DNA from: Octopus vulgaris
Lineage: Eukaryota
Length of the DNA stretch: 64,000 bases
Assembly (NCBI GenBank): GCA_951406725.2
Contig: OX597828.1
Coordinates: 54,498,001 to 54,562,000, forward strand
Direction: 5' to 3'
Below are positions 1-14,012 of this stretch, piece after piece. The position numbers and the translations under genes were made by a program. Under the pieces are notes generated by a model, which saw nothing but the letters and a program-made list of their open reading frames with translations, did no database searches and was not told where the DNA came from. Within the stretch, counting starts at the first letter, position 1, and each line of letters opens with the position of its first letter.

Positions 1-140
1 CACGCTGAATCTCTCTGTGAACTACGTTAAGGGTACGCATGTCTGTGGAGTGCTCAATCATTTGCATGTTAACTTTACGAACAGGTTGTTCCATTGATCG
101 GATCAACTGGAACCCTCGTCATCGTAATCGATGGAATGTC
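1..140 (+). mobile_element. 3' half of tRNA-derived SINE (tail shared by families C and D)
   Basis: Aligns by eye to 63286-63423 and 63820-63958 (aactacgttaagggtac...gatcggatcaactggaaccctcgtc). Confidence 0.8.
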
Positions 141-162
141 TGTAGTAGTATATATGTATGCA

Positions 163-450
<288 letters not shown>

Positions 451-469
451 ACCTACCTGTTGGCAATAA

Positions 470-1115
470 AGCTTAGTTAAAACCATACAACTGTTCATCG
501 TCATCTTCACCAACTTGGAAAGGTTCTTAAACTTGGAAAATGGGTACCTTATGAATTGTCCGAAAGCAACCGCAAATCCCGAGTTGACATCTTGCTCATC
601 TCTCCATTCTCGCGAACTCATTTTACCCTTTTTGGATAGACTTGTGACTGGTGACGAAAAATGGATCGTCTATCGAAATATTAAACGTCGTAAACAGTGA
701 CTTGGTAAAAGGGAAAAGCTGAACCACAACCGAGATGGGAACTTCTTGGGAAGAGGTTCTTCTCTCTATCTGGTGGGATTGCAAAGGAGTAATTCACTTT
801 GAATTGTTACCACCTAATGCAACAATTAATGCTCAAGTTTACTGTCAGCAATTAGATCGTTTGAACCAAGCTTTTAAGAAAAAAGACCCGCTTTAGTGAA
901 TCGAAAAGGAGTGATGTTTCATCAGGACAATGCGTGACCCCACACTGCAAAGATCACATCACAGAAAATCGAAGAGCTTGGTTGGGAAAAAATTCCTCAT
1001 CCACCTTATTCTCCCGACCTTGCTCCTTCAGACTACCATTTTTTTCGTAGTTTATATGATCATTTGGAGGACATAACCTTCGTAAGCCAGGAAGAGATCC
1101 AAACTGACATTTCAG
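470..1115 (+). pseudogene. mariner (DD34D) transposase remnant
   Basis: Across frameshifts and stops: WVPYEL, FLDRLVTGDEKW, LSIWWDCKGVIHFELL, FHQDNA*PH, HPPYSPDLAPSDYHFF. Confidence 0.93.
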
Positions 1116-1129
1116 AACCTTAATTCTAA

Positions 1130-1666
1130 CTAGCAGAAATACCCGTCGCTGACTGGGTTCAGAAATAGCCTTCAAAAATTATACCCTAATTTATGAAAGT
1201 TACTGCTTCGATATTACTGAATGTCTTGTAGCGGAATATCCGCAAGCACTTATTGTCAGGTTTCGGCCCAAAAAGTTATAAATTTTTTACTAATGGGTCT
1301 GCTGATAGTTAGTCTTTTCAGCTCTTTCTCTTTTCCTACGCTGAGATTGCTTGGATAGTCCAAATTAAATTTTTTTCGGAGGCATTATAGTAGGGAGAAT
1401 TAATCTATAAGACAGGGGACTTAACTCATGTTAGCAAACTTACGGATTTCACTGACGTGAAAATTGGTAAATGTTATGGTTGAAAAACAATTTATACCGC
1501 TATCCGTGTGTACCTTGGGGAAAATAAGTTGACGAAAGCACACCCAGGGTTGTGACCAATGTCCTCCTAAAATTGGAGCGACTTGCATGCTAATTTGTGG
1601 ACGTGCATAAAGTACATTCACGTACACACACACACACACACACATTCTGCTTTTTATAGATATAGA
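1130..1666 (-). mobile_element. non-autonomous Helitron
   Basis: Minus strand starts A|TCTATATCTATAAAAAG then (TG)n, and ends with an imperfect ACCC...GGGT hairpin and CTAG|T; no TSD; A|T target. Confidence 0.75.
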
Positions 1667-1781
1667 TTATACTTATAATTATAAAAAGTTTTGTTTAAGT
1701 TTACCGACAATGGTTCTTTTAACATACCGAACTACTTGGTAAAATTAATTATTAATTAATTAATTAATTAATTTTACCCTT

Positions 1782-1855
<74 letters not shown>

Positions 1856-2370
1856 GATCTTAACTGATTGGAAGTGTTATCATGTACATTGTTTTGTCTT
1901 GGTATAAAAGATGGGCTACAGCAAATATTCTGCTCAATACCACAGATTTGCTTGTCAGTTGTTTGACCTTAACCAGTTGAGCATGTCTCTTAGTGGCTGA
2001 CGATATGTGCATCTCTGATCACGAGCAGAAGTAGTGGGGGAGCATCATAGCCATGTGTTGAGAGGGATTCTTTGGGGTTTGAATAGTTCACCTCTGGAAA
2101 CATGGGTGGTTCTTTCAACATCCTTAAGCAACCCTTATTCAGGGACCGTTTGAGCGGGATGGGCTACTCAACCTGAAGAAAATTCTAACTGGGCCCCACC
2201 TGCAAGGTCATGTGCTGTTTATCTTGATATGAGATCACCATGTCGCGCACATATGGTTGTGATGCATGTGCCTGGTGTACCTTTATCAGACGGGTAGTCA
2301 TGATGGGTATATTGGGCTTCGTATATTTTACCCCAGTGTCACTTTGATGGCATGAACTGCTCTCTCACTC
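1856..2370 (+). mobile_element. non-coding ~515-bp interspersed element embedded in (AAT)n
   Basis: Flanked by (AAT)n on both sides; closely similar copies at 22010-22345 and 48459-48978. Strand is inferred from the shared right end. Confidence 0.8.
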
Positions 2371-2396
2371 AATAATAATAATAATAATAATTATTA

Positions 2397-2445
<49 letters not shown>

Positions 2446-2465
2446 CATTATTATTATTATTATTA

Positions 2466-2527
<62 letters not shown>

Positions 2528-2532
2528 CATAT

Positions 2533-2699
2533 ATACGATGGGCTTCTTTCAGTTTCCGTTTACCAATCCACCTCACAAGGCTTTGGTCGACCCGAGGCTA
2601 TTGTAGAAGACATTTGCCCAAGGTGCCACACAGTTGGAATGAACCCAGAACCATGTGGTTGGTAAGCAAGCTACTCACGACACAGCCACTCCTGTGCCT
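2533..2699 (-). mobile_element. tRNA-derived SINE family A (5' half)
   Basis: Reverse complement of the 24337-24500 head; A-box TGGCTGTGT and degenerate B-box. Confidence 0.85.
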
Positions 2700-3958
2700 C
2701 TACATCACTATTTTTCCTGTTTAGTCTTAGTGTATCTAAACCCACATTATCCAATGCTGTTCTAGATACATTTCTTTACCGTATGTTTGAAGGAAAAACT
2801 GGCAGTTACTTTGGCATTGTAGCGACTACATAGAGTCGCTTTTATTAAGACCAGAATTATACATATTAATCTAACATTCGAAGCAAATACAATAAAACAT
2901 TACTAATTAATTTGCTAATTACTGATTCATTTACTGATTCAAATTGATAATTCCTCATCTGTTGTAACACCTCATTGTTTGTTCAGTCAGATATTGTTGT
3001 TGTTACTGTTGTTGTCGTTGCTGTTAATGTTGTGAGGCTTCAGCTCAGACTTGATTGAGCAGACTTATGACCAAAGCGTTCCGCCCATAACCACCACAAC
3101 GTTTTTGTTGTTTCTCAGTTTAGTATATCTATTATTCGATGCATTACACCTTCATTAAGACTGCATTTTGTGAATTGAGGAAGATTTAGCTGCTATTTCT
3201 TGAAGTTATATTGACTATGTAGAGCTTCCTAGGATGTTGGCTGGAAAGATACAAAATGTGAAAGATAACTGTGTGCCAGCTTCATTAACCAATTTAATTC
3301 CGGAAATTTGCCAAAATAATTAAAAGAAACGTTTGTTTCGTTGTCAAAAATGAGAAGAACAGATTTTTTACTTTTTTATTTCGCTGCTTGAAAAATACAT
3401 GAAAATATAGTCGCCTCTTGAGCAAGAAATAGGAGTCAAATCTTCCTGAAATCACATCTAGCTTCGTAAAAATGTCCGTTATTCTTAATATCCACAACCC
3501 CCCGCCCCCGAAAAAAAACGTGATAGAATGTAATCGTAGGTTTCGAGCACAAAAGAAAAAAATGGGGCGGTCACGGCTGGAATATCTTTGATCTATAGTT
3601 TGTTTAAAACCTTATAGTTTGTATTTATATTTTGTTTCACTTCTGAGACGAGATTATCATGTTTTTGTTTATTTATTTTTCAATTATGCTTGACTGCCAC
3701 CAACCACCCAACAAGCCGCTCAACCACCCAACCGCCCAACCACCCAACCTCCCAGATTTCTCGTGTTTTCATTCCATCTCGTTTTGATTGATTCAAAACA
3801 TCAAGAAATGAGAAATATTGATGACTGGATCAATAGGGTGCCCCTCAAATACCCCGATATCACCCCGCTGTAAATATGTAATTGAGATTGTTGTTGATGT
3901 TGGTGCTGGTGATGGTGATGTTATTCACGTTATACACACACACACACACATATATATA

Positions 3959-4096
3959 TATTATTTACATTATTTACATTTGACGGATATTTGTCCTCAT
4001 CTTAACGCCATGTTTTGGCTGATATACCCTCCAGCCTTCACCAGGTGTCTTGGGTAAATTTCGAACCTGGGTTCCCATTCTTAAGGTATTTTTCGA

Positions 4097-4176
<80 letters not shown>

Positions 4177-4547
4177 TCACTGCCTGGAATTGAACTCGGA
4201 ATCTTGGGGTAAATAGCCTTCGTTCTTAACCACTACACTATATGCCCACAATGGTTAAGAACGCGGGCTACTAACCCCAAGATTCCGAATTCGATTCCAA
4301 GCAGTGACCTGAATAATAATAATAATAATATTAATAATAATAACAACAACAACAACAACAAAAACAATAACAACTTCGAAAAATTACCTTAAGAATGAGA
4401 ACCCAGGTTTGAAATTTATCCAAGACATCTGATGAAGACTGCAGGGTATATCAGCCGAAACGTTGTGTTAACAACAAACAAGATGAGAACAAATACCCGT
4501 GAAATGTAAATAATGTACATAATTCCTCATCTCTTAAATATAGAACT
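3959..4547. mobile_element. head-to-head inverted pair of tRNA-head + (AAT)n + hammerhead-tail elements
   Basis: 3959-4247 (minus) and 4250-4547 (plus) are reverse-complement homologues; Pol III A/B boxes in the head, hammerhead motif in the tail. Confidence 0.8.
4424..4469 (+). ncRNA. minimal type-I hammerhead ribozyme motif
   Basis: GACAT-CTGATGA-A-GACTG..CAGCC-GAAA-CG-TT-GTGTT: canonical core, stem II with one mismatch, palindromic AACGTT stem III, stem I with G-U pairs. Confidence 0.7.
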
Positions 4548-4606
4548 GTGTAATATGTGTGTGTGTGAATACATATATATAATATATACGTATACATATA
4601 TTTATG

Positions 4607-4677
<71 letters not shown>

Positions 4678-5379
4678 GTATAGACATTCATATATATGTA
4701 CGTATATACATATGCATATATATATGTATACTTATAAATATATTTAATATATTTGTATATATATGCATACATACATATGTGTAAGAAGTATGTGTATGTA
4801 TGCATAACTCTCCTACATACATACACATGCACACTCACATATGCACAATACATCTATAACTTGACATTTTATATATCCATCTTTATATCTACTCTCTCTC
4901 TCTCTCTCTTTCTCTCGCTTTCTCTCTGTTCTCCTCTTTCTCTTCTCATTAATGCCATCTTTTTTGGCCTATCTTTCTTATTCCTTTATTTATTCGATAA
5001 AATAATAAAAGATTATCTGTCCTAATCTCGCCTGGATAAGCATCGTCATCTCTTCTGGCTTCTTTTTTTCACAATTTCTAAATTTATTTTGTCCCAAACA
5101 CTCCAGCATCAGAAAAATCAATCTTTTATCACGTGACTCGAATCGTAGAAAATGACGCCCAGCAATGCAAGATGTTTTGAGGCTTTTATTTTTGTTTGTA
5201 TTTAATACAATCCATTGTGGAGGACATCACTAAATTTGCCGCGTATATTTAAAACTCGACATACATATAAGCGCGTGCGGTTCAGCCCAGCCCCTTGAAT
5301 TTCACCAACAATAACAGTTCTTTAGTCTTTATAATGTCTTTGTGAAGTGTTTATTTTTTTCCCGGTAAACCGTATATAG

Positions 5380-5583
5380 GCATTGGTTTCAGGGTTTGGT
5401 ACAAGGCCAGCAATTTTGAAGAAAGGGCCGAAGTCGATTAGATCGACACCAGGGCTCAACTTGATAATTATTTGTATCGATCCCGAAAGGATAAAATGCA
5501 AAGTCGACCTTGGCGGAATTTGAACTCAGAACGTAAAGACGGACGAAATGTCGCTAAGCATCTTGCCCGGCATGCCAACGATT
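5380..5583 (-). mobile_element. tRNA-derived SINE family B
   Basis: Reverse complement of the 42790 consensus (gagttcaaattccgccaaggtcgactttg...). Confidence 0.85.
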
Positions 5584-6361
5584 CCCCCCACCCCGTTCAC
5601 GGTCCTAACCTTTTAACGATAGACCAAAGTCAACAAGGCTGACTTTCTTCGGGACATGTGTAGAGACCTTCATTCTCTAAGGAGCCATTTCATCTCCTTA
5701 GAAAAAGTGCTTCAAAATCTTGTTGATGATACATAAAATAGCTTCTCATGTGAACACAAAACTTCTCATGGCATAAACACAAGACCAAGATGGGAATTTA
5801 AGGACACTTTCCACTCTCTATTATTGCTGCTTAATACAGGATGGTTTTGCTAACCCTTACCCTTGCTTTCGACTGAACAGCAGCCATACAGGATGTTGTA
5901 TTTTAGACACTTCCGCACAGTAATGGAAAACGAAGACCATACGAAGACACAGATATACATACATACATACATACATACATACATACATACATACATACAT
6001 ACGTACATACGTACATACATAATACATACATACGTACATATATACATACATACATACATACATGCTTACATATACAAATACATACGTACATACATACATA
6101 CATATGCATACATATTTATATTATTATATATTCGTCTATCATTGTTTATACTATATTATACATCCATCTTTCTTTCAATTAAACAGCAACATCCTGTGGA
6201 TAAAACTGAGAAAAGATATGCAGTCGAATAGCTGATAACCAACAACTAATACATACATACATACATACGCACACACACGCGCACACGCATACACACACGC
6301 ACACATATATATATATACATATATGTGTGTATATATATATATACACACATATATATATACA

Positions 6362-6418
<57 letters not shown>

Positions 6419-6473
6419 GCATATTTACACACACACACATATACATATGTATGTGTGTGTATATATGTATATG

Positions 6474-6514
<41 letters not shown>

Positions 6515-7632
6515 GCCTTTAGTAATACAGTTAAGACACATGAACATACATGCACACATACTTAAATAAGAATATGTGCATATGTATAAACGCTTGTCCA
6601 TATGTGTATATACATATACACATATATATATATATGTGTATATATATATACATACATATATAGTTAAATTTGTGTGTATATAACCACGCGCACGCACAAA
6701 CACACACTCACACACACGCACGCACGCACACACACACTCACATCAATGAAATCCGTACATCCTGAGTATCAAATAAGGAAGCGAATTTGTATGAAGTGTA
6801 GTTTCGTCGATTTCCATCTTCGAAAGACGGCAATCACTTTTATGGGTTTAAGAAAACCAATCAATACGAAATGTCGCCACCGACGCCGCTGCCGCCAACA
6901 CCACCACCACGACCACCACGACCCCCCCCACCACCACCATCTCCACCATCGCTAGAGAAGTCAAACGAAGGGAATGGGTGATGATGTCAGCCAATATATT
7001 TTGATTCATCCGCCCGATTCCAATGTAAGAATATATTTCTTTTCATGCTCTAAAATAATTTTGGAGTTAAAACTTCTGGAGAGATTATGCTGGTCAGAAT
7101 TACAATTTCGACCTTGTCTGTCACAACATGGACGCGTGGCTAAGTCAGGCTGTATAAATATTCTAATCGATACATACCACGAATGACCTGACAGAGCAAA
7201 TTGTGGCAGGCAATGTTCGAGGAAAATTCTATAATACACCATATAGCATAAACATTTATTAATGTATATAACAATATACATATTGCTCTAAAATGATGTT
7301 ATATCATTCTATTGTACACAACAGGACACAGACGCAATTAATTCTAGATAAGCTTATGTTTGTTGCGTTGTTCTAAAAATAATTTGGAATTCTATTTAAC
7401 TAATTGTCAGACAATGGGCAGAAGAGGATTTATTTTGGATATTTATTGATAATGAAACACTTTGACTGCACCATAGCTGGTACTGAATGTGATCTAGATG
7501 GATCATTGTTATGAGTTCAAATCTTGAGTTGGGACTAAGTTTGGTCCTTCATTCTCCCTAGATTCATAAAATAATGTTTCATCAACTCCTGTTCAATTGA
7601 CTACATCCACCGCACTCCCAGCATCAACATTG

Positions 7633-8030
7633 GGAGGCGCAGTGGCCCAGTGGTTAGGGCAGCGGAATCGTGGTCGGAGGATCGCGGTTTCGATTCCCAG
7701 ACCGAGCGTTGTGTGTGTTTATTGAGCGAAAACACCTAAAGCTCCACGAGGCTCCGGCAGGGGGTGGTGGCGACCCCTGTTGTACTCTTTCGCCCCAACT
7801 TTCTCTCACTCTTTCTTCCTGTTTCTTGTCCCCGACTTCCTACGCAACCGCTTAGCCTGGATGCGCATTCACCCATCCCTCGATGCTCTCGGTGTTGGGG
7901 GTGGGGAGGTTGACCTGCTTTCTCTTCTGCGGGTCTTACGAATAGTAAAGGACCACGATTCGGACTTCTCTCACTGCGAGCTCTGGGACGAAGACTTCAA
8001 CAGCAACAGCAACAGCAGCAATAACAGAAA
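7633..8030 (+). mobile_element. tRNA-derived SINE family C, tail type 1 with (AACAGC)n end
   Basis: A-box TGGCCCAGTGG, B-box GTTTCGATTCC; 11-bp TSD CATCAACATTG (7622-7632 / 8031-8041). Confidence 0.88.
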
Positions 8031-8087
8031 CATCAACATTGTATCCTTGTGCTAATTTTAGAAATTAATATAAGGGCAAACTAGGCA

Positions 8088-8290
8088 ATAGGCTGGCAGA
8101 ATCATTAGCACGTCGGGCAAAATGTTTAGCAGCATTTCGTCCGTTCCGAGTTCAAATTCCACCGAAGTCGACTTTGCCTTTCATCCTTTCGGGGTCGACA
8201 AAATAAACACCAGTTGTATACTGGATTAGATGTAATCGACTTAACCCCCACCCCCCCAAAAAATTGCTGGCCTTGTGCCAAAATTTGACA
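8088..8290 (+). mobile_element. SINE family B
   Basis: ctggcagaatc...gagttcaaattcc...gtcgactttgcctttcatcctttcggggtcga. Confidence 0.85.
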
Positions 8291-9022
8291 CGCTAATTGA
8301 ACTGGGAATAACAGAAATAGTTGAGTTATAAGCAAAACACTTTGCAGTTTTCAGTTTTGTTCAGTCAAACTCTCAATTCAAATCCTACCGAGACCAACTT
8401 TACCTTCCATCTTATTGAAATCGCAAAAATAAATTTTTAAATAAATCCTGTAATACAGTAACATAGTATGAATTAATTAATTGTAGATGAGACTATATAT
8501 GCTGCCATATTCTCAAAATAATTTGGAGGGTTATAATCTCTACAGAAAAGTCTTAGAGAGAATATTCTAGAGTGACAAGCAAAGAATCGCTTGTGAGACA
8601 TTTTTGTTTTAAGACTACGTATGGCGGCTCAACCAGGCTTTTGCGATATCTTACACAATATCGAGTACAAAACACTTAAATCTGTAGATTTGTGTAATTA
8701 AAATTCCGTAACGGATCGCATAATATATTTATAAATTATTTAATAGTGAACAACCAAGAACGGTGGGGGGGGTATTCAGTGTTGACAGAATTTTTGTATT
8801 GTAATGGAAAAGAGAACGAGTGGAATGAAATGGAAAAGGTGAAGATTTGTCATACCAAATTGTGTCATTCTGATTTTGATTGAGAATTATGTTAAGGGGA
8901 CATATGTCTGTGGAATACTCAGCCACTTACTCATTGATCCGGGAGCATGTAGTTCAGCTGAGATGAAGCAACTAAATCCTCATCGTCGAACGAAGAAGAT
9001 TCATTACTATACATAATAATTC

Positions 9023-9084
<62 letters not shown>

Positions 9085-9784
9085 GGGGAAAGAGGCGACC
9101 GTCACCATTGACGTGTGTGGCTTGGTAACGTGTACCATTTTAAAGGCCTAGAACGTTGCGATCTGACAGAAACTCCTTCTTGATTCTGTCCTGCTACTCG
9201 AATAAGATGCATAATTACTCGGCTGGTACTCAGTCATAACTGAGTACAATGGAGCAACGTGAAAAGAAGTACTTTACGCAAGGATACAATGTGCTGCTCG
9301 GTTTAGGAATTGAACTGATTACACTATGATCATGAACGGAAAACTCTCACCACAATGTCACGCGCTCTAGCGAGACACGTGTGTGTGTGAGGGATACTGT
9401 ATATGTATGTATGTGTGTGTTTGTGTGTTTGTATTAATCCAAATTAAAACCATGTGTTTGTGGAAGTTTTGTAATTAGTTAATTATGATTTCAAATTTAT
9501 TTTAAAACCAGATGTGAAATTTAATCCAGTCCTGAATGAATTAGTTTCTGTGTTCTGGTGTATTTAAGATAAATTTCCGCCTTAAATTCCAGAGTAAAAT
9601 GGTTCTAGTATAACGAGCCACAGCTTAGGTGATGACCTGGCAGAATCGTTACCGAGCTACCAAAAAGTGCTCAGCCGCATTTCTTCAGCCGCTTACTCAT
9701 TATTGTGTGATGGCTACTAAAATTGGTGGAGCATCGGATACGAAAGCTTTTCAGTTTATATATATGTTTCTTTTATCTTTTATC

Positions 9785-10390
9785 TTTTACAAGTTTCAGT
9801 CATTTGACTGCGGCCATGCTGGGGCACCGTTCTGAAGAGTTTCAGTTGAACAAAACGACTCAAGGTGTTACTTTTTTTTAAAGCTTGGTAGTTATTCATA
9901 ATGTCTCATTGCTGAACCGCTTAGATACGGGGACGTAAACACACAAACACTCCAAGCGGTGGTGAGGGAGGAAACAACAAAGACCCATACTTAGAAACAC
10001 ACACACACACACACGACGGGATTCTTTCAGTTTCCGTCTACCAAATCCACATGCAAGGCTTTGGTCAGCCCGAGGTTATATTAGAAGACACTTGTCCAAG
10101 ATGTCACGCTGTGGTAACGAACCCGCATCCGAGTGGCTGAGAAGCAAACGAGGTTATAGTAGAAAACACTTGCCCAAGATGTCACGCTGTGGTATCGAAC
10201 CCGCAACCAAGTGGCTGAGAAGCAAACGAGGTTATAGTAGAAAACACTTGCCCAAGATGTCACGCTGTGGTAACGAACCCGCATCCAAGTGCCTGAGAAG
10301 CAAACGAGGTTATAGTAGAAAACACTTGCCCAAGATGTCACGCTGTGGTATCGAACCCGCAACCAAGTGGCTGAGAAGCAAACTTCATGC
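9785..10390 (-). mobile_element. SINE family A with tandemly amplified head segment
   Basis: Family A body on the minus strand; 78-bp head unit repeated four times at 10071-10383. Confidence 0.8.
10071..10383. repeat. 78-bp minisatellite x4 (ABAB higher-order structure)
   Basis: Unit cgaggttatagtagaaaacacttgcccaagatgtcacgctgtggt...gagaagcaaa; 26-aa periodicity in the ORF track. Confidence 0.92.
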
Positions 10391-10948
10391 TACACAGATA
10401 CACCTGTACTTTCTTTCAACCCGGAGACTTTATATGACTTTAATGTTCCTCCAATCCCATAAATCAATGTCTTTAAACCGGATTAAAACAGATTAAGACA
10501 GATCACCATGGCTTCTTAATTTAATCATGATTAGTTATAGTATTTTTCTGTTCTTTTTCTTTCTCTCTCACATATTGCCTTCTTATTTCCATGTACGAAA
10601 TATCTAAAAGACTTCCGCCAGGTATAATATACGTGGAAACCTACAATGCCATGACGTCGTTGATTCGCTGACAATATCACTTTAGATTAGTATTCATGTT
10701 TGGAAAGATAAAAATTCTATTTTTGGAGTGATGTGTAAAGTGAGAATTCATTACACATTACAAGAAAACTCGGTGGAATGTTCGAGATGATAAGATGAAA
10801 CATATAAGTAGTAGTAGATAATATTTTATTAAACGTATTAATAAGGTGATGCATTTCACCTGAGAGAATTTCGAGAATTTTAAATGATAGAAAATTGGAT
10901 TTCGATGAGTTGTACATGAGGGAAGTGACATTATTCTTAAGGCATTAT

Positions 10949-10997
<49 letters not shown>

Positions 10998-13104
10998 GGA
11001 GAGTAAGAGAGAGAATGAGAGAGAAAGAGAGGGAGAGGGAAAGGGAGAGAGATGGAAAGAGAGAGAGAGGGAAAGAGACAGAGAGAGAGGGAAAGAGAGA
11101 GAGAGAGAGAGAGACTGACAGACAGACAGAAAGAGAGATAGAGATAGAGAAAGATGTACGAATGTCGCCATATTTGTCTTTTAAACATACATATGTACAT
11201 GTGTATGTGCGTATGTATATGTATATGCATGTATATAGATATCTGTATATACATATGTTTGTGTGAGTGTGCGTGTATGTGTGTTTGTGTGTGAGTGTGC
11301 GTGTATGTGCGTTGGTGCGTTTGCGTGTGTGTGTGTGTCAATGAAATAAAACAGCATTCACATGACACCCGATTAACTTGAACAGTTCGAAGATTGAAAG
11401 AGAAAAATGATAAAAATGTTTTACACTTCACTGTAACGCCAATACAACAAACCAATGAGATCGCCGATTCGCTAGATATAGCAGTCAAATCACCCCTTTT
11501 AGACAACACAACAAATTTTTCTCCGCGACAAAATACGGTGAATGGTTGGAATATGCCGCAAGCATATTTGAACTATTAACAGGCTTGTATTTATTCACAT
11601 CACTACTTAGTGCTATCACCCGTATTTTATTTACGGAGAGCCGTTGAATAGCGCAAACAGTCTCTGAATGATAGGAATATCATAAGAGGGTCCTGTCTCT
11701 CGTATCAGTTCGCAGCACTTCCGTTTGTGGTCTCTGCAGCTGAAGAGGAGATAACCACTCCGAAATGCATGCACCCCACTGTCTGGTTTGGCAAAGCTGT
11801 GAACTGACTCGGTGTATTTACAGCTATTTGTCTGCAACGTGAAATTTTCTCCATGACAAAATACAGTGAATGGTCGTCTCACGGTTTCGAATACCCCTCA
11901 AGAATATTTGATCTGGTAACAAGTTTGTATTCAATACTTTAGCATCTTACCAAAAGAAGGAATGTATTAAATAATGAAATACTTGAGACATTCGTCTGCT
12001 AAACTAAAATAAATTTTTTAAATGTTGAATGATCAATCAGAGCCAACTGCACACCACCACCACCACCACCACCACCACCACCACCACCACCACCACCGCC
12101 ACTGCCGCCACCGCCGCCGCCACCACCACCACCACAACCACCACCACTGGGAGAAGGCGGAGAAGGAGGAGGAGGGAGAGTATTTATGGGAGGAGTTATA
12201 GCAATGAGAAAATTAGTTTTGTTTAATTATATTTTGTGCTAATAAATATTTTTCTTTTGAAAATTAGTATTCATTTCATCATTTTGTATAAGCACCAAGA
12301 AATTTAGTAGTTACATCACAGCTATTGAATGTATGCAATATTTCCCGATGTTCCCCATGGTGACAAAAATATATTTCGAAAGTTATCCGTCATATGAGGG
12401 AGGGATCACAAACTACTAAAAAAAAGTAATGTATTTTGTTTTTATAAATAAATTTAATGTTTAATTAATTGATTATATATTTTCTTTCACCAGCTCTAAT
12501 ATTCAATCATATTCTACTCAGTTTTGGTTTCCTCACTAATTCTTTTACTTCAATGATAAGGTCAAAATAAGATTGAAACTTGTGTAGAATTGTCTCCCTT
12601 TCTGACAAAACAAAATAAAAACAATATTATTCGGACTAACAACATAAATATTCTTCTTCAGATATATATTTTTGTTTTTAGATTTAGTTTAACGCTGTAT
12701 GCCGAGTAAATCTGTTTCTTACTAGAAAAATACAGAAGATATAGAAAATACTCACAATCACTTAAATTTTACTTTTTCTTAGAATGGTGTTTCTGGGTAT
12801 TGTGATTTCTAGACCATTCTATACTCATACTATAAATAAATACTACGATAAACAATACTGTACATTATAGTTAGTTAAACTTAGTTATACAGTCTTCACT
12901 AATTCGGCAAGTAAAGTGTAGCCAATCTTTTTTTACTAATGAGGTCAGAATAATCCGGAATATGACTGAGTTGTCTCTAGTATTTACTGTAGAATAATAT
13001 TCATAGTTTACGTTTGTCATTTCATTTTTTTTCTTTTTACTTACTTGGCTTAGAAGAAGGTGCGGTACCCATGGCCTCCGTGAGAAATTCCAGGTTGATG
13101 ACAC

Positions 13105-13337
13105 TTATTTCTTTACTACCCACAAGGGGCTAAACACAGAGAGGACAAACAAGGACAGACAAAAGGATTAAGTCGATTATATCGACCCCAGTGCGTAACT
13201 GGTCCTTAATTTATCGACCCCGAAAGGATGAAAGGCAAAGTCGACCTCGGTGGAATTTGAACTCAGAACGTAACGGTAGACGAAATACCGCTAAGAATTT
13301 CGCCCGACGTGCTAACGATTCTGCCAGCTCGCCGCCT
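13105..13337 (-). mobile_element. SINE family B
   Basis: Full length; ~19-bp TSD aattccaggYtgatgacac (13086-13104 / 13345-13363). Confidence 0.9.
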
Positions 13338-14012
13338 TCAAATCAATTCCAGGCTGATGACACTGGCGTTGTTAATGTTCCTCTTAAACTATCGCAAGTT
13401 AACCCTTGCTGGAATTCCAAGGGAATGACTACTAGGTAGGAGGAAATAGGTGTATGGATTAGTATAGGCCTTGAGAAAAGATAAACAAGACAGGTGTACC
13501 AGAGGGGGTCGCAACGAAACCCCGACATCACCAAGGGGCAGAGCCTATTATAGGAGCGATAAATAAAGCAGAGAGAGGAGACATAGCAAGCTTGTAGGTC
13601 AGAGGCTGGATTGTGTCTGTCAGTGATTTTAGGCCTGTCACTCGGGAGTCCCTTTCCTGGCTACTGTCTGAGACGTCTTGTTAGCTTCTTAAAGACATTA
13701 CATACATATGTCAACACTAATTTAACTGCCTGTCTATCTGCCTGATTATATCTCTCTCTGGGTGTCACTCCATATTTTTGTCTAGTTGCCTTGTTAACAC
13801 TTCATACGTTAAATATGTAAACACTAAAAGAAATACTTGTCTGTCTTTCACTGTTTCAGTACAAATTAATGTCTAGTTAATCAGTTAACACCAACCAAAA
13901 TATTGTTTTGTTTCTCGCCTGTGAATTAAGATATTTTCTCTTTTACTCAGAATATAAGATGGTGGTTTGAATTTACTGGCGTCAATGATCGAAGATTTTC
14001 TATCAATACTCT

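Noticed and set aside
7633-7705. tRNA genes at SINE heads (also 4172-4247, 35745, 63044, 63636)
   Set aside because: A/B boxes are present but I see no complete cloverleaf; they run into SINE bodies, mostly bounded by TSDs.
10081-10496. Repeat-protein ORFs or a CRISPR-like array
   Set aside because: The units are near-identical SINE fragments with no unique spacers, in a eukaryotic context with no cas genes.
13370-13715. Possible solo LTR (TGTT...AACA with AATAAA)
   Set aside because: No matching TSD, PBS/PPT or second copy in the window.
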